NCBI RefSeq assembly: GCF_006345805.1
Contig: NW_021836810.1
Coordinates: 1 to 36,855 of the forward strand
Direction of reading: 5' to 3'
DNA length: 36,855 nt
Source: Octopus sinensis
Taxonomy: Eukaryota
Positions 23,948-35,785 of the stretch are shown here, in pieces (the first letter of the stretch is position 1; each line of letters begins with the position of its first letter). The notes under the pieces are model-generated. The model had not been told where the DNA came from. It saw only the letters and a list, made by a program, of their open reading frames with translations, and did not search any database. Position numbers and translations under genes: made by a program.

Positions 23948-24115
23948 AATGGTGTCAATTTCTGACATAAGACCAGCAACTTTAAGAGGGGACCAAGTTA
24001 TGTACATCAACCCCAATTTCCAGCTGCTGGTTATTTTATGGACCTAGAAATAATGAAAGGTAAAGTTGATCTCGGTTGAATTTGAACTCAGAACGTAATA
24101 TCAGAAGAAATATCA
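23948..24115 (-). mobile_element. Old monomeric Nin-like SINE
   Basis: tgaaaggtaaagttgatctcggttgaatttgaactcagaacgta. Confidence 0.62.
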
Positions 24116-25074
24116 GAAGGAATCGAGTGACTGTCAGCTGTCAAACCAGGTGATCGAGAGGTCCCTACACCTGCGAATTTGGGAGCTTTAATCAGGTGAG
24201 AATTGGGATTGTTTATTTTTCGGGGTAGGTCGTATTTTGGAATATTGACAAATTTAGGAATAAGTCTGTTTACGAAGTTGCTGCAATGGAGAAACCGCTA
24301 GGAATAACAGTTCAGATGAAACCCGTTTTCACATGTGCAGCACCTCCTTCTAAGGAACTAATAAAGGTCTGCGAATCTCTTCACGGCAGTCCAATCTATC
24401 GAAGACTTGTTTTCGTAGTCCGGTGGATGTTTCTTTAACGCAGATCTTGCGTCGCATTTTATTCTTTATTCTAAAATCTATGATTTACGACTAAACTTAT
24501 ATTTTAATGACTTCGTTAAAATTCTGTACATACGCACACAAAAAAACACACATACACTCACGCACACACGAATAGATGCCCAGTCGACATCTCACGCTAC
24601 AGATTAACAAAACAGAAGTGACAGCTTAAAACAAATGTCTCCACCTTAAAGAATAATTGGGCAAATGGCTCGTGAAGCCGTTTGTAGAGAAAGTTATTGG
24701 CTGCTGTAATACATTTCACACTGTAGAATTACCCTGGGGACAACTTCTATTCTATATGTAAACTCTTTTTTTATGTTCTCTCTTTTCTCTTGATTCCTAA
24801 AATGCTAATGTTTTATGAAGAAAGGAAAAAAAACGTGACGATTGGGCGAAGCTATTTATACGCTGGCGCCTTGACACGGTTGTTTGGGCGCTGGCGACTG
24901 GGCACCACTGACTGGTAATTGAACTTGCTTTATCGAGGTCGCTTTTGTTTTCAGAGACAGTACTTTTTGGCACTGGTGGGAAAAACACGCGCACGGGCAC
25001 GGGCAGAAAATATGTGCAAACAGACAGAATAGATGGAGAGTGACAAGATGACAGGGACAGATTCATAGATAGAT

Positions 25075-25109
<35 letters not shown>

Positions 25110-25177
25110 AAGAAGAAGAGCATAAAATATATTGAGCTCGATTGACATAATTTCTTCTTATATGTATAAAGAAATCG

Positions 25178-25209
<32 letters not shown>

Positions 25210-25251
25210 TATATATATGTATATGTATATATGTATGTATATATATATATC

Positions 25252-25286
<35 letters not shown>

Positions 25287-26349
25287 TATATATATGTATA
25301 TATTATATATCTATATATATATATATATATGTATATCTATATATGTAATATGTGTATATATATATATATATGTATATGTATTATTATATATATGTATTAT
25401 ATATGTGTGTGTGTGTGGTGTGTGTGTTGTATAGATATATAATATATCTCTTTTAAGTGGCAACCAGATTCGAAGCTGGTATACTTGATTGAGGAAAGAA
25501 ACCACGAATGACCCGTCTTTTTTTGCCTGTCTTTCTAATTGTTATTCCTCCTGTCTGCCTTTGTATCGCCTTTATTGTCCTCTATTGCGTTTTTGTTCCA
25601 TTTATATATATACATATATATATATATAGACAGAGAGAGAGAGGGAGAGGGAGAGAGAAACGGACAGATAGACAGACTGACAGAAAGTGAGAAAGAGACA
25701 TGTTTACATCAATCGGTGTCATGAAATATAATTTCAATGATTCTTTCCTTCTTTTTGTCCTTATCTGTCTTGATTTTTCTCTTCTGATTTTTCCATTAAG
25801 TCAATTTTAGGATTTTTTTTCTTTTCAATGATTTGTCAACATTTCAGCAGGCGTCATAATCATTGAAACAGAAAGATTAATAAAGTTGAGTAGATTAGTA
25901 ATTGTGATTAAAAGCTGCTTGTCAACTAGAATGAAAAGGAAATTCGCATTGTGCGAAAAGGTTCACGGGACAAAATTTCTGATGTGCAATAAGGTAGCGT
26001 CGAATCGTCAGCGCCAAAACGGGTGTGCCACAACGTCTCATTCTCATATTTTTATATTTAATGAAATGTCTCCGTTCGTAAAATAATATTTAACTCATTA
26101 GTCGCGGGTTATACTATGCTGACGATTTCTAAAAACACTGAAATAGTGCTATGACTACCATCGACTAGAAATGAAAAGAACCAAAGATATATATATATAT
26201 ATACCGGAGTAAACACATAAATGTGAAACAAGGTGGAAAAAAGAGTACTCAAATACCAGGGGTAGAGTAATATGCTTTATTTAAATAAAGTATATATATA
26301 TATATATAAAGTCTGTTGGTATGTATTTATACACATATATATTTATATG

Positions 26350-26536
26350 TGTGTGGCGCGTCTGTGTTTGCCCTCCCACACCGATTGACAACCGGTGTTG
26401 CTTTCTTTACGTCCACCGGTTCAGAAAAAGCTGAGCAATAAAATAAGTACTAAGTTCGTTTAAACACTCTTGAAAGTGGTACTCCAGCATGGCCAAACAC
26501 CAGTGACTGAAACGAATAAAATATGAAAGATAAAAG
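26350..26536 (+). mobile_element. 3' half of CORE-like SINE, internally deleted
   Basis: ttgacaaccggtgttg...actccagcatggcc...tgactgaaacgaataaa. Confidence 0.72.
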
Positions 26537-26787
26537 CTTTGTTTATATGCATACATACATACATGCTTATACACACATATATATATATATATACATATTT
26601 TTTTCACTTCATCTAGTTTCAACTGACGAGCTGTGGCCATGCTGGGGCACCGCCATTCGGTGTTGCTACATGATTTTACTTCACGAATGCATTTTAGCAT
26701 AGTATATATATATATATACACACGCACATACAAATACACACATATATATATACATAATAGACATCACATATTCAAATATATATATGC

Positions 26788-26820
<33 letters not shown>

Positions 26821-26904
26821 CATATAAATATATATATGACATGACATATTCAAATATATATATACATAAATATATATCTGTCTATCTATCTACATATATG
26901 TGTG

Positions 26905-26958
<54 letters not shown>

Positions 26959-27329
26959 GACATCACATATATAAATATACACAAGCTTCTATGAGAATGA
27001 TAAAATACGAAGAGCTCTCTTGAAGCGCGGAATATCTCTATTATAGGTGGGGTCACTTTCTGAATTAATCTTCTTATGATTTCTTAAGGATTTTCGGTGC
27101 ATCTTTTTTTTTCTTTTCGTGTTGTTCTTGATATTGTTGTCCTTAAACGCTAAATTTCCCTTGGACCTGTTTTTAGTTTTTCTTTAATATTATTTTGAAT
27201 GAACCCCACCCCTCCAACCATCGTGACTGTACACTTTGAAGCTTATCAATAAGAAAAAAGATGAATATAGGTGTGGGTCGAGAATATTGGAAGGGGACAA
27301 CAGAGAGAGAAAGAGAGAGAGAGAGAAGA

Positions 27330-27358
27330 GGGAGATTGGGGTGGGGTAATATAGGGGG
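27330..27358 (+). other. Potential G-quadruplex motif
   Basis: Four runs of 3 or more G: gggagattggggtggggtaatataggggg. Confidence 0.5.
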
Positions 27359-27463
27359 TAGTAAAGGGACAAGTTACGAAAATGAAAGAAATCAAGCCCT
27401 TTGCACGGGCCATTTATTTTATTAGGTCCTATATTATTTTCAACCTGATTTAACACAGTCCGT

Positions 27464-27499
27464 GGGGGTGGGGCGAAACGGGTGGGAGTGGGGCGCGGG
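27464..27499 (+). other. Potential G-quadruplex motif with GC-box-like sites
   Basis: Six G runs: gggggtggggcgaaacgggtgggagtggggcgcggg. Confidence 0.6.
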
Positions 27500-27735
27500 T
27501 CAGTCAGCTGAAACGTTCACCACCAGCCCAACTGCCCCTTACTTTCATTGTCTCTCTGTATGTATGTGTGTGTGGGTGGGTGTGTGTGGGTGTGTTTAGC
27601 TAATCCCTTCAAACACCATCCATTGTCTCTTAATCTTTTCAGCTTATTTCATTCTCGTCAGTCTCCAGATGAGACCCCTATGTTGTTGCTGTTGTTATTG
27701 TTGAGTGGTTTACAGCACAACGCTTGTTATCACCA

Positions 27736-27793
27736 ACAGTAGTAGTAGTAGTAGTAGTAGTTAGTAGTAGTAGTAGCGGATGTGGTGGTGGCG

Positions 27794-27865
<72 letters not shown>

Positions 27866-27866
27866 T
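27736..27866. repeat. Compound (GTA)n/(GTG)n/(GCA)n tract
   Basis: Directly visible. Confidence 0.93.
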
Positions 27867-28108
27867 AGTGTTGTTAATGCGGTTATTTTTGTTGTTGTTA
27901 TTGTGCGCCACCTACGATGCGAAGGATCAAGTTTTAGGGGCTTTTTTTTCTTCTTCTTGTTAAGACACTTCCTCCGACACATGACTGGTTTATAAACGAT
28001 TCCCTCAAAGCAGTCTTTTTTTTTCAATACTGCAGCTCAACCCGCATTCCACCCTGTTCCGTTGCCTTCATCAAACTTGTCTTTGTGTGTGTGTGTTTGT
28101 GTGTGTGC

Positions 28109-28153
<45 letters not shown>

Positions 28154-28536
28154 TGTGTGTGTGTGTGTGTGGTGTGTGTGTGTGTGTCGAAGAAGGAAAA
28201 ACGAAAAACTAACACAAGAAAACAAAACGGGGAACGAAAGAAAAGGTAGGAAGGAAGGAACGAACGAACGAACGAATAAAATGTGGCAGCTGGCTGTGTA
28301 GACAGTGCGCTGGTCTACCAAGTTAAAGGTCAGTAGTTCGTATTACAGGTAATCAGTCTTGCTTAAGAAGCCCAGGAAATCATTTACAGGTAAACATTAT
28401 TGGATTGCGAGGAATTCTTCGACGACATTTGTTTACGTGTGTGTGTGTATGTTTCTTTGTGTGTGTGGTATATCTGAGTGCGCTCGTGTGGATGTTTGTT
28501 CGTTGTTTATGGTGTATATTTCTGATCTGAAGATCC

Positions 28537-28812
28537 GTGCCTTAGTGGTAAGAGCATTTGTCTCACGATCGTGGTGCTGTATCCTTGAGCAAGACACTTT
28601 ATTTCCCTTTATTGCTCCAGTCCACTCAGCTGGCAAAAATGAGTTGTTCCTGTAATTCAAAGGGCCAGCCTTGCCCCCTCTGTGTCACTCTGAGAGCTTA
28701 CGTTAAAGGGACAAGTGTCTGTGGTGTACCCAGCCACTTGCACGTAAATTTCTTGAACAAGCTGTTCCGTCGATACGAACAACTGGAGCATTCATCGTCG
28801 TGACCAACGGAT
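28537..28812 (+). mobile_element. SINE, third family (V/Meta-like segment), B box region deleted
   Basis: A-box-like ccttagtggtaagagc; the body matches the reverse complement of 16457-16716. Confidence 0.8.
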
Positions 28813-28917
28813 GACCAGTTATTAAATATTTCTTTTTGTGTAAGTATTGGTGTAAATGTGGGTGTGTTTGTATATGTTTATGTGCTTGCTTATGTGTGTG
28901 GTAAAGTTTATACACGT

Positions 28918-29399
28918 ATGCGTATATCGTGTACCAGTGTGTATATTTGTGTGCATGTATGTTTATGGCGTATACATGTGCGTTTTGGCTTGTGTCAATT
29001 TGTGATCGTATATTTCTACGTAAACACGCTTAAAACGCGTGTTTACACGCGTATGTGTGTGTGTGAATATGTGTGTGTCTTTGTGAGTATGTGTGTGTCT
29101 ATGTGTGTATGTATCTTTGTGTATGTATGTGTGTGCGTCTGTGTATGTGTGTGTGAATGTGTGTGTGTGCGTCTTTGTGTTTGTGTGTGTGTGTATGTGG
29201 GTGTCTTTGTGTCTGTGTTTGTCCCCTCCCACCGCCTGGTACCCGGTGTTGCCGCGTTGTTGTCCCCGTAACTTAGCGTAGACAAGTCCTGGGGTCGATT
29301 TATTCGACAAAAATACTTCAAAGCATTGTCCCAGCATGGCTGCTATCTAATGACAGAAATAAGTAAAAGATAAAGAATATACGGCAGGATTCCTCATAG
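28918..29399 (+). repeat. Left arm of a local inverted duplication (includes a deleted SINE 3' half)
   Basis: Aligns over its length to the reverse complement of 29793-30228. Confidence 0.9.
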
Positions 29400-29540
29400 A
29401 TTCCTTCTCACAAATTCACTCCCATGGCACGCGTCGTCGAGGGACTATAATAAATGATACTTTCCAGAGGTACAGTGAAGTGGGGCTGATGCCGAAACCC
29501 TGGTGGTTGCTAAGCAAGCTTCGTAACTATACAGCCATAC
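29400..29540 (-). mobile_element. Diverged 5' half of CORE-like SINE
   Basis: caaattcactccc...gactata...gtggggctgatgccgaaacc...ggttgctaagcaagctt. Confidence 0.55.
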
Positions 29541-29792
29541 TTATGCAAATAACTGTAATAAATAAACTTGAGGTTAATTAAAATATGTCTGTGAAATATT
29601 TTAATTGGAAATGGCAAATTTCCTGCAGTTGCCGTGGAGAAAATATTCTGCCATATGGCTAAAAGATGTAAAAACATACTATCTGCCCAATACTTCCCTC
29701 CAGGGATTCTCAGACGGGCGTTTCTATCTCGTTAACCTTCATCAATGGGAAATACTGAAAAGAGACAACCATGGGCAGATTGAAAACCGTAG

Positions 29793-30228
29793 CTATGAAG
29801 AATTCTGCCGTATATCTCCTTTATCTTTTACTTATTTCAGTCATTAGTCAGCAGCCATTCTGGGGCAACGCTTTGAAGTATTTATAGTCGAATAAATCGA
29901 CCCCCAGGACTTATTTACGCTAAGTTACGGGGACAAAAACACGGCAACACCGGTTACCTGTCGGTAGGAGGGGACAGACACAGATACAAATACACCCACA
30001 TACACACGCATACACCCAAACACAAAGACACACACACAAAGACGCACACACATACATACACAGACACACACATACGCACAAAGGCACACACGCATTCATA
30101 CACATACGCGTTTTAAGCGCGTTTACTTAGAAATCTGCAATCACAAATTGACACAGGCCAAAACGCACATGTATACACCATAAACATACACGCACACAAA
30201 TATACACACTGGTACACAATATACGCAT
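29793..30228 (-). repeat. Right arm of the local inverted duplication
   Basis: See 28918-29399. Confidence 0.9.
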
Positions 30229-30953
30229 CAACATTGATGTCTGAGTTGCGCAAGAAGACCGCCTGGTTAGAATAAAAATAGAAGTTCATCACCAAGCAGG
30301 GATTAGGAATAAGCAAGCTTTAAGTTTTAGGTTGGTTAAAATAGGTCTCTGACATATTTTCACATCTAAAGGCAAATTCACTTCAGTTGCCGTGGAGAGA
30401 GAGAAAAACAAACAAAAAAAAAACTCTGTAATGGTAACTAGTCTAAAAACACCGTATCTGTTCAGTATTACCCTCTAGCGGATTCCCAAAGCTACGGATT
30501 TGACTCTGCCCAGGGTTCTCTCTTTGGTATTACTCCTAAAAAGCCAGGAACGTGTAGGGGTCCGCTAGAGGGAAGCACCGAGCAGATATGAGAATTTTTT
30601 TGTTCACGGCAACTGCAGCCAAATTTGATTTTAGGAGTTAAAATACGTAGCAAAAATATTTTAACTAACCTAAAGTTCGTTTATTCCTAATTACTAACTG
30701 GCGCTGACACTGTCATATACATACATACGTACACACACGCACATACATACATACATACATACATACATACATACATACATACATACATACATACATACAT
30801 ACAACAAAGTTTGCATACATGAGGTTGATAACATCATAAGACATGGAAGGCAGCTCCTTGAACAACACTCGTCGTCTGGTAACCTTAAATCCATGCCCAA
30901 AGAAGTCGCACGATTCCACAGCAACTTATCATCAGATGAAAGGATGAGCCTGT

Positions 30954-31593
30954 ATGAGCAGAAGACTATGCAGGGATATGTTAGTAGAAATTAGCCGGAT
31001 TACTACTTCCCACTTTGAAGGGTATGCGTTTGCAATCCAGAAACAGGAAGTATCAACCAAATATTTTATGCACAAAAGGGATAGAGATGCAGGTAAAGCC
31101 ATAAAACGGGATAACCTATGCACACTATGTGGAGTTCACACCGAAGATATCATCAAAATCATAAGCAGTTGTCTGAAAATGTCATCATGATATTATCTAC
31201 CGATGAGAGATGACGTTGTAGCTAGGACACTCTATAATGAAATCCGTCGGAAGGATAATCCCGAGGACAAAGAAATAAGAACCCATAATATGGTAGAAGC
31301 CATAGTCACTCATAATTAAAAGGAATTCTGGTGGAATGTAGCAGTGAAGACCTGAGTAAAATGTAAGCCCAACAGATCTGATATAATGATTTGGGATAGA
31401 GAAGAGAAATTGTGTACAATTGTGGAAATTAGCTGCCCAGCGGATGTTAGCATAAAGCTGAAGATTAGTGAAAAAGAGAACATCTACGCTGAACTATTGA
31501 GAAATTTGCAGTTACTCTATCCAAATTACAAGTTCAGGTTTATACCTGTAATTACTGGGGCTCTGGGATATGTAACACACTGCCTAAATACCA
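30954..31593 (+). mobile_element. Decayed R2-group non-LTR retrotransposon C-terminus (zinc knuckle plus restriction-like endonuclease), most like R4/Dong
   Basis: One frame joins the 78-aa and 102-aa ORFs across three stops (31188, 31317, 31353): EGYAFAIQKQEVSTKY...CTLCGVHTEDIIKIISSC (CCHC with H to K)...YYLPMRDDVVA (RHD motif)...PNRSDIMIWD...IVEISCP...KENIY...FIPVITGALG. Confidence 0.87.
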
Positions 31594-32428
31594 ATCCAGA
31601 GGTAATGCAGTACGATCGTTTCAAGCAACTCCATTTAATTGAACAATGCAATCCTTACATCAATTTAAATGCAGAGCAATGCTCAGCTGCATAAAGACAT
31701 AGAATTTAATTAAATTAAAACAGATGGATATGCTAGTATAATTTTACCAAAAATTTTCAAGAAGGTAAGGAGATAGACAGAGAACATGCTGTCTTCACTT
31801 CAGGATAAAAAGGATAAAAAGTATAATATTCTTCTTAATAATCTTCTGAATAACCTTAAATTTTAAATTTATACAATTGTTTAAAATATTTAACTATAGT
31901 ACCACACGATACGATTTCCCGTTTCATTATTAATGGTCTACTCGTGGCCTGCCCCTTTAATTGTCAGCTAACATCTTGATTTAAGATTTCCTTTACCAAA
32001 TCTCATGATATTGCTTCAAATTAATCTTGATAGTTTTTTATGACTATACCCACTATGATTTCTGTCGACTCCCTCAGCCCACTTTCTAACAGGCATTGCT
32101 CCTTGCTCTTTTGGCCTTAGATATACAAGGTTTGATAAACTAGGCTATAAATTAAAACTGACCCCATAAAACAGTGACAAGCAAAATCTTTCTTCCTGAT
32201 ACCTTAGTAGCTTCTAAGCTGAAGTGAAGACAGCATGTACTCTGTCTATCTCCTTACCTTCTTGAAGATTTTCGGTAAAATTATACTAATGTGTCCATCT
32301 GTTCAAATTTAATTAAATTATTTGTCTTTATGCAGCTGAGAATTGCTCTGCATTTAAATTGATGTAAGGATTGCATTGTTCAATTAAACGAAGTTGCTTG
32401 AAATGATCGTATTGCATTACCTCTGGAT
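31594..32428. mobile_element. Foldback-like element with inverted arms of about 210 bp (family B)
   Basis: 31594-31803 is the reverse complement of 32219-32428; it truncates the retrotransposon frame. Confidence 0.82.
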
Positions 32429-32469
32429 ATCCTTGTTGCTTATTTTGATTTTATATATAAGTACTATAT

Positions 32470-32484
32470 CTGTGTGTGTGTGTG

Positions 32485-32528
<44 letters not shown>

Positions 32529-32722
32529 GTGTTTCTCCCCTGCCTCCTCTTGACAACCGGTGTTGGTGTATTTGTGTCCTCGTAATTTAGCGGTTCGGCC
32601 AAATAGAATGATAGAAAAAGTACTGGGCTTAATAGAATAAATAGATAAATAGTTGGGTCGATTCACTCAACGAAATGTTCAAGGCCGGAATCTAATGACT
32701 GAAACAAGTAAAAGAAAAAAAG
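32470..32722 (+). mobile_element. (GT)n plus 3' half of CORE-like SINE
   Basis: cttgacaaccggtgttggtg...ttagcggttcggc...taatgactgaaacaagtaaaag. Confidence 0.8.
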
Positions 32723-34605
32723 AACACACACACACACACACAATGCAAATAACTTTAATAAAAATAAACTTGAAATGGAAATATGAAGAAAGTTAGGAAG
32801 CGATGAAGAGCTCTCATATAAACTCTAGACAGCATTTCGATGTCCCGTGCTGTGTGATGTATACAAACACCGAAGAAAATAGCGGTTTGATTTTCACTTA
32901 CTCGAGATCGATAAAATTACAACACTAAAATACTTGTGTCTCTCTTCACCTGACCATTATTCTTAATGTTTATCTTTGTGTCTCGTCAAAAGAAATCGAC
33001 TTGTTTGACTGTAACTTATACTGAAAATAATACCCACTGTTTCTCTGGCCTTCACTCCCACCCCACCATCTCCGCTCTAGTTTAGGAACATTTTACTGCC
33101 AATTATTTGGCTCCAGAATATCGAAGACATTCTATTTGGCGAATTGTCAAAGAAAGAGCCAAGCTGTAACAAAATATCTTTGATCAATGAACATAACAAT
33201 TTTTCAATTATCCCCTGGACAATAGATGTATATTTAACATGGCAGACTTTTACACAACGGTCTCAGGCCGTAAGAATTAACTATGGAGAATAGCATACAT
33301 ATATACATACGTGCGTACATACACACATACATATATATACATACAAACAAAAATAAATGCATGTATGTATATATATATATGAATGATATGCGTATGTGTA
33401 TGTGTGTGTGTTTGTATGTATATATGTATCTATGTATATTTTCACGCATGTAAGTTCGTATCTGTGCTTGTGTATATATTTATGTATGTATACGTATAAG
33501 AGTATTTATGCACACACAGACGATCACACGCATACATAATACGTACATAAAAACATACATACACACACACAAACGCACACGGTCACTGTCATGCACGCAT
33601 ATAGATGCCTACATACATACATACATACATACATACATACATACATACATACATACATACATACATACATACATACATACATACATACATACATGCATAC
33701 ACACATGCATACATAATACATACATACACAGACGCGCGCCTGATTACAGAGTCAGTAAAACACGACGAGAAAGCTGGTTTGCTGATTGCCATCTTAAAAG
33801 ATTTCGTTGCCAGTCGTCATAAACGGAGGAAAACTCGTATAAGTAGCGACGAAAAGACTGATTACATACGCAGTCGTATGTATGCTCTAGAAGCGCGCCA
33901 GTGCGTTGTGGCTGGGTAACCAGTTTATTACACACAGACAGACACAACACACAACACACACACATACACATACACATATACATATATACACTCGCTAATA
34001 AATCTGTCATACGTGCGTAGAGATGGTCGGCTCGATGGCGGCCATGTTGTGCGCTGAGTGTGTCGTCTGCTGAAATAGACAGTCCTTCGATAAAAGCGAC
34101 ATAATATGGAGCATCGAGGAATGATTGTGAGGAGTCGTTCCTTGGGACTTTATTTTCTGTATTAAACCGTTATTGTAGAGATCGTATAAAGATTGACAAT
34201 AAACTTTCAATCGCAACGGAGAGGGAAAGAAATGGAGAGAAGGAAATAGTTAGAAAGTTTGTGTGAAAGAGAGGGGGAGGGGAAGTGCGTGTGTGTGTGT
34301 TGTGTGTGGGTGCGTGTTTGTGTGTGTGTCTGTGTGTATGCATGTGTGTTTGTGAGTGTTGTATGTGTGATTGTGTTTGTGTATATGTGTGCATGTGTGT
34401 ATGTTTGTGCGTATGCATGTGTATTTGTGTGTTGTGTGTGTGTGTGTGTTTGTGTGTATGTGTGTTTGTGTGTGCATGTGTGTCTTTGTGTGTGTGTTTG
34501 TGTGTATGCATGTGTGTTTGTGTGTATTGTGCTGCGTGCGAGTTGGAGCGAAGGTTAAGAGAGAGTGGTCGGCGGATTGGGAGGAGATTTGTTTTGCTCC
34601 CCAAT

Positions 34606-34971
34606 ATCTTTTATCTTTTACTCGCTTCAGTCATTAAACTGTGGCCATGCTGGGGCACCACCTTTTTAGTCCAATGAATCGACTCCATTACTTCCTACTT
34701 TTCAAACCGGGTACTTATTATATCTTCTACTGAACCGCTATGTTCAGTAGAAGAAGTTAGGGTGATGTAAACACACCAACACCGGTTGTCAATCAGTGGC
34801 GGGGAGAAAACACTAACACACACACACACACACACACACAACAGGTTCTTTCAGTTTCCGCCTACCAAATCCATTCACAATGCTTTGGTTGGCCTGTGGC
34901 TATTTTAGAATACATCTGCCCAAGGTGCCACGCAGTGGGACTGAACCCAGAACCATGTGGTGGGAAGCAAG
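34606..34971 (-). mobile_element. Near full-length CORE-like SINE with internal microsatellite
   Basis: Colinear with 4523-4943; extreme 5' end missing. Confidence 0.82.
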
Positions 34972-35597
34972 ATACGTGTAGGCAGAAAATTCCAGAAGGA
35001 AGACGTTATGGGACGAAAGATGAAGGTTAATGGAAGTCTGAAGTATTGGATATTCGATAGATGAGAACGAGAAGGGATCGAGTGAGTTGGAGGTGATTCG
35101 TAGGAGGTGGAACAACACCACAAAACTCCGAGGAGCACTGGCTGTTGAAGTAGCGGTATTAAAAAAACAGGAGAGGACAGAGCCTGAGGGTGACTTTATG
35201 CAAATCACTCTAATTAGCCTTTCTTTAGATTAGGTCTACAATGTCTGTGTATGTAGCAGTGGCACTTTCTCAGACGTGGGCGAAATACTCCATCGGGGTC
35301 CTTACTTGAATTTTGTGATGGATTATGTTATACAGAACTATATCGGTAATTTTATATGAGACATATATTCCCAGCGAGTTACCTGAAAATTTTAGGTGCT
35401 ACAGGGATTCTTGGTTAGGCAGGTGGGGGTGCGGGTGGGGTAATATAAGGCCTCCGCGTTGCACACCACCCGAAGGTGAGAGAGGGATGGGTGAGTTATA
35501 CTTATCTACAGGGAGTCTAAATCTCACCGGGTTATATCAAATGCAAATGCACAAAGGTGTCGATGGTGATGAGGATGATGATGATGATGATGATGAT

Positions 35598-35676
35598 TTA
35601 AATTTTGGCACTAGCGCAGCAATTTCGAAGAGTGGAGGAGTCGATTACATCTACTCCAGTGCTCAGCTGGTACTTG

Positions 35677-35678
<2 letters not shown>
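35598..35678 (-). mobile_element. 3' fragment of Nin-like SINE flanked by (GAT)n and (AAT)n
   Basis: aaattttggcac...gtcgattacatctactccagtgctcagctggtactt. Confidence 0.6.
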
Positions 35679-35737
<59 letters not shown>

Positions 35738-35785
35738 TAATAGTAATAATAATGATGATGATGCTGATGATGATGATGATAATGA
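35679..35785. repeat. (AAT)n/(GAT)n microsatellite
   Basis: Directly visible. Confidence 0.95.

Noticed and set aside
34975-35200. RTE-like LINE C-terminal fragment
   Set aside because: Only vague resemblance across stop-rich frames; no diagnostic motif is intact.
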